Origin: an uncultured virus (IMG/VR IMGVR_UViG_3300031250_000001)
Taxonomy: Duplodnaviria; Heunggongvirae; Uroviricota; Caudoviricetes
Strand: one strand, 5' to 3'
DNA: 64,000 nucleotides
IMG/VR virus record: IMGVR_UViG_3300031250_000001
A model generated the notes under the pieces. That model saw only the letters and a program-made list of their open reading frames with translations. It did no database searches and was not told the origin of the DNA. How positions within the stretch are numbered: position 1 is the first letter of the stretch; each line of letters starts with the position of its first letter. This document shows positions 46,811-56,597 of the stretch, piece after piece. A program made the position numbers and the translations under genes.

Positions 46811-47779
46811 ATGGCTCAGCCGACGCAAACAGATGTGCATGTAGATCAAATCCTGACGAACATGTCGGTCGCGTATATTCAGAACGCGAGCATGTTCGTG
46901 GCGACCAAGGTGTTCCCGGTCGTCACCGTGCAGAAGCAATCCGACAAGTATTACACGTACCCGAAGGGGGCGTGGTTCCGCGACGAGGCGGAAGTCCGCG
47001 CCGACGGCACCGAGGCGTCAGGCTCGGGCTACGGGCAGTCGACCGACAACTACTCGTGCGATGTATATGCGCACAAGAAGGACATAGGCGACCAGGTGCG
47101 CGCCAATGCGGACGCGCCGCTCAGCCCGGATCTCGATGCGGTCACCTTCGTGTCTCAGCGCCTGATGCTGCGCCAAGAGGTGCAGTGGGTCACCGACACA
47201 TTCGCGACCGGCAAGTGGGGTACGGATGCGTCGTTTACCACCCCGACGCAGTGGTCGACGTACACCAGCTCAGACCCGATCACCGACATCGAGACTGGCA
47301 AAACTACGATCCTAAAAAACACCGGTTTCCTGCCGAACAAGCTGGTGCTCGGATACGAGGTATACACGAAGTTGAAGCACCACCCGGACATCGTCGACCG
47401 CATCTCCGGCGGCGCGACGGCCGCGAATCCGGCGCTCGGAAGCGACGCGCTCCTGGCTCGCATCTTCGGCGTGGACGAAGTCATCATCCCGATGGCGATC
47501 AAGAACACCGGCAAAGAGGGCGAGGCGGATTCATTCGGCTTCACGCACGGCAAGCACGCACTCCTTTGCTACACGACCTCGACGCCTGGGCTGCTCTCGC
47601 CAACCGCTGGCTACACCTTCCAGTGGCAGGGCGTAAGTCAGGGGCTCGGCACGGCGGTCGGCATCAAGAAGTTCCGCATGGAGGCTCTCGCCTCGGACCG
47701 CGTCGAGGGGCAGATCGCATTCGACAACAAGATCGTGTCCACCGACCTCGGCTACTTCTTCAACTCCGTGGTGGCCTAA
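46811..47779 (+). CDS. major capsid protein
   Basis: PT..DVHVD..LTN.SVAY, VFP.V.V.KQS..YY, PN.LVLG..V...L..HP. Confidence 0.92.
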   Translation: MAQPTQTDVHVDQILTNMSVAYIQNASMFVATKVFPVVTVQKQSDKYYTYPKGAWFRDEAEVRADGTEASGSGYGQSTDNYSCDVYAHKKDIGDQVRANADAPLSPDLDAVTFVSQRLMLRQEVQWVTDTFATGKWGTDASFTTPTQWSTYTSSDPITDIETGKTTILKNTGFLPNKLVLGYEVYTKLKHHPDIVDRISGGATAANPALGSDALLARIFGVDEVIIPMAIKNTGKEGEADSFGFTHGKHALLCYTTSTPGLLSPTAGYTFQWQGVSQGLGTAVGIKKFRMEALASDRVEGQIAFDNKIVSTDLGYFFNSVVA

Positions 47780-47781
47780 CC

Positions 47782-47961
47782 ATGATGGTGCAGGTGCTCC
47801 GGTCGATCAGCGGACTCAATGCCCGTCCTGGCGACCTCGTGGACGCCAGCGATTGGGCACCGAACCGCGTGCACATGCTGACCAAGCAACGCCGTATCCT
47901 GCCGGTGGCGCTGGTCGGCGAGAAGAAGGGGCGGCCCGATGCGCAAGCTCTCGGACGGTAG
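47782..47961 (+). CDS. small protein after MCP
   Basis: Packed ORF, PGD.VD...W motif. Confidence 0.55.
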   Translation: MMVQVLRSISGLNARPGDLVDASDWAPNRVHMLTKQRRILPVALVGEKKGRPDAQALGR

Positions 47962-48250
47962 GAACTACATCGGCAAGGTTGGTCTGGCCGGTGTGGCGTC
48001 GGGCTCCTTCACCCACGCCGCCGGCACCATCGCCGGCGCAGGCGGGACGGTCTACACGGTGACGTCGGGCGTCGCTGATGTACAGATCGGCGACATCCTG
48101 CAGGTGGCACCGAATTACAACCCCGGCACGGCCACTGTGGAGGCGACGGCGATTGGCGCTGGTACCGTAGTGTACCGGATCTCCAATCCCGCCGGCACCG
48201 TAAGTTGGGGCGCCGGAACCGTTAATTTCTTCGCACTGCGGACCATCTGA
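47939..48250 (+). CDS. putative virion surface/decoration protein
   Basis: G/T/A-rich beta protein in head module. Confidence 0.65.
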   Translation: MRKLSDGRNYIGKVGLAGVASGSFTHAAGTIAGAGGTVYTVTSGVADVQIGDILQVAPNYNPGTATVEATAIGAGTVVYRISNPAGTVSWGAGTVNFFALRTI

Positions 48251-48258
48251 CGGGGTGA

Positions 48259-48696
48259 GTGGTGGGCTCCCCGACGCGACTCGCTGGCGGGGTCGTCACC
48301 CTGTACAGTGGCACGGTCACCACGGCGGGCACCGTCGTTGGTGGGACCGTTACCGGGCTAGGCGGGGCGCAGTGCCTCGCCGTGCAGGCGGCGTTTGTCT
48401 ACGGCTCGAGCGGCACGTCGGCTAAGGCGTATCTGCAGACCTCGCTCGATGGCGCATCGAGCTGGCTCGACATCGCGTCGTTTGCCTTCGCAACCTCAAG
48501 TGCGACGCGCGTGTTCGCCATCGGTATGGGGTCGAGCTCGGGCACCGCGCAGGTGACGCCGGCTGACGGTGCGCTCGCCGACAACACGCAGGTCGCCGGC
48601 ATTCTCGGCGACCGCTTCCGCGTCAAGGTGATCTCCACGGGCACGTACGCCGGCAACACCACCGTCACTCTGTCGGCGGCGGTGAAGAGCGCCTGA
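48259..48696 (+). CDS. putative virion decoration protein
   Basis: YLQTSLDG..SW.DI jelly-roll-like motif; head module. Confidence 0.65.
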   Translation: MVGSPTRLAGGVVTLYSGTVTTAGTVVGGTVTGLGGAQCLAVQAAFVYGSSGTSAKAYLQTSLDGASSWLDIASFAFATSSATRVFAIGMGSSSGTAQVTPADGALADNTQVAGILGDRFRVKVISTGTYAGNTTVTLSAAVKSA

Positions 48697-49163
48697 TGCC
48701 GACACTCGCCGAAAAGAATCGTCCGGGCAGCTGGACCTACGATGGCGATCCTGGCGCCTCGAGTCTCAGCTGGGTGCGCTGGCGCGTGGGCGATGTGTTT
48801 CGCGACGATCAGCTGCAGTCCGATCAGGAGATTGCGCAGGCGCTCACGGATGCGTCGAGCAACCAGACGCTGGCCGCGGCGATGGTCTGTGACCGCATCG
48901 CGGCGGACTTCTCGCGCGAAGTGGACCTGACCATCAACGATGGTTCGGGCGCTTCTCGCACACGGTCGCTCTCGCAGCGAGCGCGTGCCTATGCGGCGCT
49001 TGCCAAGCAGCTTCGCGACGATCTTGCCAGCGGCTCCTCACTCGCCGCGCTGTTCCCGGCGCCGTACGCCGGCGGCATCTCGCAGGCCGACAAGGACACG
49101 CAGACCGCCGACGCGGACCGCGTGGCGCCGGCGTTCACCGTCGACATGCAGGACTACCTCTGA
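48696..49163 (+). CDS. head-tail adaptor (putative)
   Basis: WTY.GDP...VR..VGD....QL.SD.EI; synteny. Confidence 0.7.
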   Translation: MPTLAEKNRPGSWTYDGDPGASSLSWVRWRVGDVFRDDQLQSDQEIAQALTDASSNQTLAAAMVCDRIAADFSREVDLTINDGSGASRTRSLSQRARAYAALAKQLRDDLASGSSLAALFPAPYAGGISQADKDTQTADADRVAPAFTVDMQDYL

Positions 49164-49699
49164 TGCAGATCGAAGTCCGACAGGAAGGTGCGGAGCCGGT
49201 GATTCGTCACCTGCGGGAAGCGCCGACCACGATTCGCGATGCGCTGGCCAAAGAAGCCTTCGCCATCGGCGCGCGCGCGGTCCGCTACATCAAGGATGTC
49301 TACCGCTCGCGCGGCGGCCCGGATTCGACCTGGGTGCGTAGCGCACAGTTGCGCAACAGCTATAGCCAGCGCGTCGATCGCGATGGCGGCGACGTCGTCC
49401 TGAACGTCGGGGCGATCCAGCCGACCGACAACGGACAGGTGCCGATTCAGGCGCGCGTGCAGGAAGGGTTCGACGCCGCCGGCAATCGCGTCGCGCAATT
49501 CGTCATCACGCCGAAGAAGGGCAACTACCTGACCTTCCCAATTCGCGACGGCGGCGGACTGGCCGCATCGAGCATCATCGGCTGGGTGCGCGTGAAACGC
49601 GTGGTCTTGCGGCCGCGCCCGGCGCTTGAGCCGACCTCGCCCGCAATCCTGCAGGCGTTGACCGACCGCGCCGGCCAGGTGGTGGCGGATGCGCTCTGA
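49163..49699 (+). CDS. neck/tail completion protein (putative)
   Basis: VRS.QLRNS, I.PKK..YL.FP, K.V.L..RP.L.P; synteny. Confidence 0.65.
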   Translation: MQIEVRQEGAEPVIRHLREAPTTIRDALAKEAFAIGARAVRYIKDVYRSRGGPDSTWVRSAQLRNSYSQRVDRDGGDVVLNVGAIQPTDNGQVPIQARVQEGFDAAGNRVAQFVITPKKGNYLTFPIRDGGGLAASSIIGWVRVKRVVLRPRPALEPTSPAILQALTDRAGQVVADAL

Positions 49700-50151
49700 T
49701 GGCCGACGAATCGATTCGGCAGCAGATCCTGTCGAAGTGGGTCGAGGTGTTTCGCGCGACGAGCAAGCTCAGGCGCGTCGAGGACACCGAGCCCTACGAT
49801 TACGACAAGGCGCCGATGCCCACGCTCCATATCATGGAGGGGCAGGAAACCGTCAACTTCGGCAAGTTTCACGGGCTGGCGCTGTGCGACCTCATCGTCG
49901 TCGGCCAGCTGATCTACAAGTTCAATTCGAGCGATCCGCAGCAGTCGCTGCACCGGCAGGCGCGCGCCTGGCTCGCCTTCATGCAGCAGACGGTGATGGC
50001 GAATCTGCAGTGGGGCGGCCTGGCTATGCTGACGCTCGAGGGCGGCAGCGAACCGGGCAAGCTCGATTCCGACACGCTCTCGGCGGGCGTGCTCACGACG
50101 TGGTGGACGGTTCGGTATCGGCGCAACGCGTTCGATCCCTACCAGCGGTGA
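49699..50151 (+). CDS. tail terminator (putative)
   Basis: SIRQQIL N-terminus, V.YR..DP C-terminus; precedes tail tube. Confidence 0.65.
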   Translation: MADESIRQQILSKWVEVFRATSKLRRVEDTEPYDYDKAPMPTLHIMEGQETVNFGKFHGLALCDLIVVGQLIYKFNSSDPQQSLHRQARAWLAFMQQTVMANLQWGGLAMLTLEGGSEPGKLDSDTLSAGVLTTWWTVRYRRNAFDPYQR

Positions 50152-50159
50152 GGTGACCA

Positions 50160-51143
50160 ATGGCGTTCAATGAAGTGCTCTCTCAAATCAGCCCCACCCT
50201 GGTGAAAATTGGCGGTTCCGTCACGCCGACGGGTGGAACCGACGACATCCTGACCTCCGGCAACTCGGTGAAGTTCACGCCGAAGATCGACATGATCAAG
50301 CTGCGCCAGCACTCGTCGAGCTTCACCAAGCGCGTGGGCATTCCGGCCGCACGGCGCTGGCAGGTCGCGCTGCAGTTCTACATGCAGGGGTCCGGCGGTG
50401 GCGGCACGGTGGGCGTCAACGGCTTTGCCGGCATCGATGCACTTCTGCAGGCCGGCGGCATGGCGCGCGCTACCACGGCGGGCACGATCACCTACACGCC
50501 GATGCCGATCAGCTCGCTCGGCACCGCGTTCGCTGCGACGATCTGGAACGAGCAGGACGGCCTGCTGCACAAGACCTACAACGCCGTCGGCAATCCCGTG
50601 TTCGAGGGCGTGCCGACCGATGGCTTGAAGGTCACCTGGACCGGCCAGGGCGACTACGAAGCACCGACACAGGCGAGCATCTCCGGCTTTACCGGTGGCA
50701 CCGACCGCAGTGAGGCGTTCCTAGGTATCCTGGGTACGATCACGCCGTCGGGCGGCTCTGGTTATACGCCGGTCGTCTCCCGCGTCACGTTTGACCGCGG
50801 CATTCGTATCGCCGAGATGCCCGACTCGAACGCATCGACGGGCATCAAGAAGTCGTTCATCGTCGATGGCAATCCGACCCTCACGTTGGTCATCGCCGCC
50901 GACTCCGACAACTCGGCCAACCTCACCTACAACAAGTTGCACACCGACTGGACGGGCAAGGTGGTGCATTCCGTCGTGTTCACGCAGGGCACAGCGGTGG
51001 GCTCGCGCTGCAAGTACACCCTCTCGCAGTCGCAGATCTCCGACCTCTCGCGCACCGAAGGCGACGGTTACCACCTGATCAATCTTTCCTACGACATCAC
51101 GAACACCACCGACGATACGGATTTCTCCATAGCGATCTTCTGA
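50160..51143 (+). CDS. major tail (tube) protein
   Basis: Size and position before chaperone/TMP; LLQAGGM...TYTP. Confidence 0.75.
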   Translation: MAFNEVLSQISPTLVKIGGSVTPTGGTDDILTSGNSVKFTPKIDMIKLRQHSSSFTKRVGIPAARRWQVALQFYMQGSGGGGTVGVNGFAGIDALLQAGGMARATTAGTITYTPMPISSLGTAFAATIWNEQDGLLHKTYNAVGNPVFEGVPTDGLKVTWTGQGDYEAPTQASISGFTGGTDRSEAFLGILGTITPSGGSGYTPVVSRVTFDRGIRIAEMPDSNASTGIKKSFIVDGNPTLTLVIAADSDNSANLTYNKLHTDWTGKVVHSVVFTQGTAVGSRCKYTLSQSQISDLSRTEGDGYHLINLSYDITNTTDDTDFSIAIF

Positions 51144-51151
51144 GGTGATGC

Positions 51152-51616
51152 GTGGCAATCAAGCTCCTCGATCTCTCAACGCTCAAGCGCGATCTGGAAA
51201 TCCACAAGGGGCACGGCACAGCCGACGAGCCGCGGCCGCCGTTTGTGGTGCTAGTGCGCTACCTGTCGCGCCCGACGCTCGTCGCCCTGCAGCGCGAAAC
51301 GGCGGCCGAGACGGGCATCTCGGAGGCGGATGCGGCCAAGAAATGGGCCGGTCACTGTATTGCGGGATGGTCTGGCCTCACGCCGCTGATCGCCCGCGAG
51401 CTGAATGTGCCGGCTGGTGACGAGTCGGCGGCGGCCGATGGGTTCATCCCCTACGATGCCGAGGCGGCGGCGACGCTCTGGCACTACGCCAACGTCAACC
51501 TCTTCTCGGCTCGCATCACCGCCTTTGCGTTCGCGCTCCTCGGCACGATCGAGAAAGAGAAGGACGTCTCAAAAAACGACTCAGGCGCCTTGTCGGCGCC
51601 CAATTCAACCCCCTGA
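51152..51616 (+). CDS. tail assembly chaperone (gpG-like)
   Basis: I.GWSGL motif; in-frame A AAA AAC slippery site near end. Confidence 0.75.
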   Translation: MAIKLLDLSTLKRDLEIHKGHGTADEPRPPFVVLVRYLSRPTLVALQRETAAETGISEADAAKKWAGHCIAGWSGLTPLIARELNVPAGDESAAADGFIPYDAEAAATLWHYANVNLFSARITAFAFALLGTIEKEKDVSKNDSGALSAPNSTP

Positions 51617-51954
51617 TTCCGAAGGACTGCCGGAAATGCGTCAAGCTCCCGGCAGCCGAGCGAGCGCGATGCGTCCCCGTCTGCTTCTGGAAGCAGTTCG
51701 ACGAGTTCGAGCACCGCATGCTCGGGCTGTGGACGCTCGTCTCCGCCGGCGAGCAGTGGACCGACGAGGCCAAGCACAAGCGCATCCGCTTCTGGGTGGA
51801 TACGGGACTGCTCGGCGAGGCGCGGACGGGTGGGCATCCGGCCTACCTGTCACCATTCGTCGAGCCGTGGGAAGTGTTGGCGCTCCTGAAGGAAATCGCC
51901 GCGGCGCTGAACGCGAACCACGCCGCGCAGCGGCAGATGCTCGAGGCGCGCTAG
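51571..51954 (+). CDS. -1 frameshift extension of tail chaperone (gpGT-like)
   Basis: -1 frame open from slippery heptamer 51571-51577 to TAG at 51954. Confidence 0.75.
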   Translation, partial: KKRLRRLVGAQFNPLIPKDCRKCVKLPAAERARCVPVCFWKQFDEFEHRMLGLWTLVSAGEQWTDEAKHKRIRFWVDTGLLGEARTGGHPAYLSPFVEPWEVLALLKEIAAALNANHAAQRQMLEAR

Positions 51955-52505
51955 CGCGGCACGAGGCCAACGAAGGCGCCGGAGAACGAGTCGAAGACAC
52001 AATCACCGACCAGGAACAGCCCCGGTGGCGATGCGGTGGCGATCTGCAGGCTGCCGTCGAAATCTTGGATAAACGCGAGGTACCCCAACGTTCCGACTTG
52101 AAGGCCGCTGTCGTAATCGATGCGGACGACGTTCTGTGTGCCATTGGAGCGATCAGGCAGCGAGACGACGAGGGTGAGCTTCGCCGCGTCCACGCGCAAT
52201 CGCGCCTCGTGCGGTCCGCCAGCGATCAGCTTGACGGTGATCGGATCGCCGCAGCGCTCGCTGAAGCGACCTTGCCATTCGCAGACCGGACCCGTTGCGG
52301 CGACATCGAAAAATGTGTCCGGGCAACGCACTGCGGGGGCCGGCGTTGGTGTCGGTGCACTGCATCCGTTCAGCGCATTATTGACTGCCGTAACCAGCTC
52401 ACTGATCGAGACTTCGCCGTCGCCATTGCAGTCGCCGCAACACTGCGCCGCGCCGCGCTGACCCGCGAGCAGTACCAGCGCGGCGACCAGGACTCGGAGG
52501 GCCAT
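51951..52505 (-). CDS. secreted moron protein with dockerin-like/EF-hand motif
   Basis: GAGGAG RBS; signal peptide; CCGDCNGDGEVSISELVTAVNNALNGC then PTPTP. Confidence 0.8.
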   Translation of the reverse strand: MALRVLVAALVLLAGQRGAAQCCGDCNGDGEVSISELVTAVNNALNGCSAPTPTPAPAVRCPDTFFDVAATGPVCEWQGRFSERCGDPITVKLIAGGPHEARLRVDAAKLTLVVSLPDRSNGTQNVVRIDYDSGLQVGTLGYLAFIQDFDGSLQIATASPPGLFLVGDCVFDSFSGAFVGLVPR

Positions 52506-52547
52506 CTCCTCGCCGCGTAACGCGCGGCGCCTGGAGTGTCAAACCTG

Positions 52548-55500
52548 ATGCCTGACCGCGAGATCAAACTCGTCTACCGCATCACCGACGACGGCACCAT
52601 CAAGGTGCTGAACACCGTCGAGCAGTCGGTCGAGAACATTGGCACGAAGGCTAGCGCATCCTCGGCGCAAGCCGGCGCCGCGTTCGGCTCGCTCGGTGGC
52701 AAGGCGCTGGCGCTCGGCGCCGCGGTCGGCGTGGTGACCGGTGCGTTCGCCGCGGCAGAAGGTGCGGCCGCAGGCATCGTCAATAAGATCCACGAGCTCG
52801 ACCATATCGGCGAGACGGCGAAAGCCATCGGCCTCACGACCACCGAGCTGTCCTCGCTGCGCCTGGCCGCACAGCAGGGCGGCGTGCCGCTCGAAACGCT
52901 TGGACGGAGCGCGGCGTTCTTCGCCCGCCAAATGGTCGAGGCGACCGACAAAACATCCAAGCAGGGGCAGATCTTCTCTGCGCTCGGGATCGATGTGCAT
53001 CAAGGTCTTTTGCCGGCCTTGGTGCAGCTCGGTCAGCAGTTCGACAAGCTGCCCGACGGGCCGGTCAAGACGAAGCTCGCCTTCGACCTCCTGAGCCGCG
53101 GCGGCCTCGCCAGTCTGAACGTCATCAACGGGGCGCTCGCCGATCAGATCAAGCTCAACGAACAGCTCGGCGCGACGATCGACGAGAAGACCGCCGGCGC
53201 TATTGGTAATGCGGCCGACGCACTTGATCGTGCCGACCTGGCGCTCGGTGCGGTTGGGGAGACGCTTGCCGCTCGCGTCGCGCCGAGCATCGCGGCGGCC
53301 GCCGACGGCACCACCAGCTGGGCCACCAGTGTCACCGCCCTGGTCAAGAGCGATCTGGCCGGCTGGGTCGAGGATGTCAGCGGCAAGGCGCAAACGCTGC
53401 TGACGCTTCTCGGGCCGCTCGGGCAGGGCTTCGGCAACCTGGTCGGCGTCAGCGGCAGGCTCTTGGGCTTCGCGATCCGCGTCAACGACGGCAACGGCCC
53501 CGGCGCCGGCCCCTTCGCGTCCGGTACGCCGTCGTTTCCGCCGACCGAGAATTCCGACGACATTACCGCGGCCGTGCAGCGCGCGCGCTACAACGAGCAG
53601 CTGCGCAAGCTGCTCGGCGACCCGGACAAGCCTCCCAGTGGCGGCAACGGCGGCGCCGGGCATCTCGCGACCCTGACCGACCAGTCGCTCGTCGGCGCCC
53701 AGCAGGCACTCGTCACTAATGCGCAGACCGAGCTCACCGTCGATCAGCAGGCGCTCGACGTCTTCCAGCGCCGCGTCGCGCTCGAGAACACGCTTGCGAC
53801 CACGCAGCAGCAGCGCCTGACGATCCTGAACGAGAACGAGCAGCAGGAGCTTGCGCTTGCCCAAGCGATCGACGCCGCCAAGTCGCGCGAGCTCGACGCG
53901 CAGCTCGCCGTGCTCGAAGCGAAGAAGGAAGACCACGACGTCGTCGAGGCGGCGAGCAAAGGCCTCACGGGACAGCTCGACCTGATCAACGCGCAGGAAG
54001 ACTCGCTGCGCGCGCAGAAAGACATCCTCAACACCACCGGCGGCGAGGCGGCGAAGGTTGCCGATCAGTACGCTCGCGGGCGCGCCGAGCTGGAAGCGGC
54101 GAACAAAGTCGCGATCAACCTAGGCGACACGCTCGACTCCTCGATCGGGCGCGCGGTCGACGGGCTCCTCGCCGGCGGCGGCGCCAAGACGATCGGCAAC
54201 GCGATCGAAGGCACCGGCACCGCGCTCGCCTCGTCGTTCATCGGCGGTCTCGCGAAAGCCGAACTCGCCAAGGGGCAGTTCGACGCCAAAGTGTCGGACA
54301 ACTTCACCGTCACGCTGCCGGGATTCATGCAGCAGGGCGCGGATGCGCTTGTCGGGATCTGGGACGAGGCGATGGGCCTGCTCGGTCTGTCATCGGATCG
54401 GGCGGGACAATCGATCGTTAGCACCCTGACCAGTGCGTTCTCGCAAACCAGCCAGGCGGCGCAATCCTCGTCGTCGAATGCGACGAGCTATCTGCGTAAC
54501 ATTGTCGGCAACCTGCTTGGTGGCAGCAGCGGGGGTGTCGACAGCGCCGCACAGATTGAGGGCGCCCTAGGCTCACAGCCGGTGCTCGACAGTTTCGGCA
54601 ACGTCGCGGGGTTTGAAAGCTCGGCAAGCGGCATCGGGGTGGGTGCGGCGGGGGCTGGTGGTGAAGCCAGCGCCGGTGTTGGCGCCGGTGCTGGTGCCGG
54701 AGCTGGGTTGGCCGCCGGTCTGGCCGGGCTCGGCGCCGGCGCCGTTACCGCGTATCTCGCAACGAATCTGATCACTGGCGTCACCGGCACACTGGCGGCA
54801 AAGCAGCACATCAGCCTGCAGAACCAGGTCAATTCGCAAAACCTCCGTGAGTCGTCCGGCATCTGGTCGCCGGCGGCGATCGGGTTGGCCGTTGCCGTCC
54901 CGATCGTCGGCCAGTTCTACGCCATCATCGCGGGGCTGCTCGAGGCCGCGGGTATCTTCGATGTGCCATCCAAGGGGACACAGCTGAAGATCGGTCTCAC
55001 GAAGTCGCTCCCGTCGTCGTTTCCACGTCAGCGTGATGTCAATATCGGCGGCCAAACCGGTGTGCGTACGCAGTTCATCGAAGCCGCGCCGACCCCGGAA
55101 GATCTTGCCCACTTCCGCGACCTCGGGTTCTTCGACATCACGGGACAGACCATCTCGCGCGTTCCCATTGCGGCGCAGCGTCTGCTGCCGGGCATCCAAG
55201 CTGGCGCCGCGGCCAATCCTGGCGTTGACCAGCTGCGCTACGGTGCGGCGCTGGGCCTCGGCGCCGTGCTGGCGCGTGGTCCGGCACAAGCCCCGTCGTA
55301 CGCCAACGTGCTCACCAACGATCTCCTGCTGAGCGGGGTGAGCGAGCATCAGGCGCGGTCGGAGCTGTTGGCCGTCGCGGACAAAAACAAGGTGACGCTC
55401 GATTCCGGGCTTAACGAACTGCAGCGCCGCTATCTCAAGGGCAAGTTTCGCGACAATCCGTCGACGTCGGACCGTGAAGACATCAAGGAATTCACTGCGT

Positions 55501-56597
55501 CGGTCGCGGGGCTCGCTGATCTGTTCTCGGATAATCTGCCTGCCGGCATCGACATCGCTGCAATCGCGATGAAGGACTTCACCGAAAAGGGCGGTATCGA
55601 CCTCGCGCAGTTCACTGACGATCTGAATCGCGCGAAGGACATCTTCGGCCAGCTCCAGGACGCCGAAGAGCAGGGCCTGAAAACCGGGTTCACTAACGCC
55701 TCGGCCGCAATCGACAAGCGCAATGCGCTCATCGCAACCGGCGGCTCGGTCTCCGACATCATCAAGGCGAACAACGATGCGACCAGTGCACTGCGTGACT
55801 CGCTCTCGCAGGCGGTCTCGGACGGGATGAGCACCGCGATTATCTCCGGGGTGTTCGATGCCGTGAAGGACACCGACGCGTGGAAGGCGCTCACCAACCA
55901 GGTCGCGGCGGCGGTCACCGGCGGCGATGTGAGCAAGATTCCGCAGCTGATCGGCAACGTCGTTGGCGCAGCCATGCCGGTGCTGAACGCGGCGCTGGCC
56001 GCGTTTGATCAGATCCAGCAGAACGCGTCGGTTACACCGACGGCGCTGTTTAGTGATGCCGATACGCTGCAGCAGAAAGCCAAGGATACGCGCTTCGGCC
56101 AGCTGACGCCGGCACAGCAGCAACAGAGCCTGCGCAACGAACTCGGTGGGATCGATACGCAGATCTCTGCGCTGGAAGCCGGTGGCATCACGCCACAAGA
56201 GGCCATCCTTCTCGAACCGCTTCTGCAGCGCCGCGGCCAGATCGGCTCGCAGTTCATCGACCAGTCGGGGAACTATGCGGCTGGCTCCGCGCAGCAGCAG
56301 CAGCTGATCCAGTTCGGGCTCGCAATTCTCGATAGCACCTCCGACGACTTCCAAAAGTTCGGCATCTCACAGGAGACGGCGCTCGCCTCGAATACGACGT
56401 CGCTCGACCGCAACACCGATGCACTGAACCGCAACACCGATGCGCATCTGAGCACGCCGAAGGCGCCGATTGCGCTCGTGCACGTCGGGAAAAGTGAAAC
56501 CTCGGATCAGTTCGGCACACTGCAGCACCTCCTGACGGCGGGGCTCAAGGACCCGCGGCGCCAGAAGAAGATCAAGGATTTCTCGAGGACGCGCTGA
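52548..56597 (+). CDS. tape measure protein
   Basis: ~1350-aa helical Ala/Gly/Leu-rich protein after chaperone. Confidence 0.9.
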   Translation: MPDREIKLVYRITDDGTIKVLNTVEQSVENIGTKASASSAQAGAAFGSLGGKALALGAAVGVVTGAFAAAEGAAAGIVNKIHELDHIGETAKAIGLTTTELSSLRLAAQQGGVPLETLGRSAAFFARQMVEATDKTSKQGQIFSALGIDVHQGLLPALVQLGQQFDKLPDGPVKTKLAFDLLSRGGLASLNVINGALADQIKLNEQLGATIDEKTAGAIGNAADALDRADLALGAVGETLAARVAPSIAAAADGTTSWATSVTALVKSDLAGWVEDVSGKAQTLLTLLGPLGQGFGNLVGVSGRLLGFAIRVNDGNGPGAGPFASGTPSFPPTENSDDITAAVQRARYNEQLRKLLGDPDKPPSGGNGGAGHLATLTDQSLVGAQQALVTNAQTELTVDQQALDVFQRRVALENTLATTQQQRLTILNENEQQELALAQAIDAAKSRELDAQLAVLEAKKEDHDVVEAASKGLTGQLDLINAQEDSLRAQKDILNTTGGEAAKVADQYARGRAELEAANKVAINLGDTLDSSIGRAVDGLLAGGGAKTIGNAIEGTGTALASSFIGGLAKAELAKGQFDAKVSDNFTVTLPGFMQQGADALVGIWDEAMGLLGLSSDRAGQSIVSTLTSAFSQTSQAAQSSSSNATSYLRNIVGNLLGGSSGGVDSAAQIEGALGSQPVLDSFGNVAGFESSASGIGVGAAGAGGEASAGVGAGAGAGAGLAAGLAGLGAGAVTAYLATNLITGVTGTLAAKQHISLQNQVNSQNLRESSGIWSPAAIGLAVAVPIVGQFYAIIAGLLEAAGIFDVPSKGTQLKIGLTKSLPSSFPRQRDVNIGGQTGVRTQFIEAAPTPEDLAHFRDLGFFDITGQTISRVPIAAQRLLPGIQAGAAANPGVDQLRYGAALGLGAVLARGPAQAPSYANVLTNDLLLSGVSEHQARSELLAVADKNKVTLDSGLNELQRRYLKGKFRDNPSTSDREDIKEFTASVAGLADLFSDNLPAGIDIAAIAMKDFTEKGGIDLAQFTDDLNRAKDIFGQLQDAEEQGLKTGFTNASAAIDKRNALIATGGSVSDIIKANNDATSALRDSLSQAVSDGMSTAIISGVFDAVKDTDAWKALTNQVAAAVTGGDVSKIPQLIGNVVGAAMPVLNAALAAFDQIQQNASVTPTALFSDADTLQQKAKDTRFGQLTPAQQQQSLRNELGGIDTQISALEAGGITPQEAILLEPLLQRRGQIGSQFIDQSGNYAAGSAQQQQLIQFGLAILDSTSDDFQKFGISQETALASNTTSLDRNTDALNRNTDAHLSTPKAPIALVHVGKSETSDQFGTLQHLLTAGLKDPRRQKKIKDFSRTR

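Noticed and set aside
51405..52520. 371-aa + strand ORF spanning the antisense moron
   Set aside because: In-phase shadow of the 51951-52505 gene with no credible start or RBS
52539..56354. Long minus-strand ORFs inside the tape measure gene (and similar ones across late genes)
   Set aside because: GC-rich antisense shadows of well-supported + strand genes
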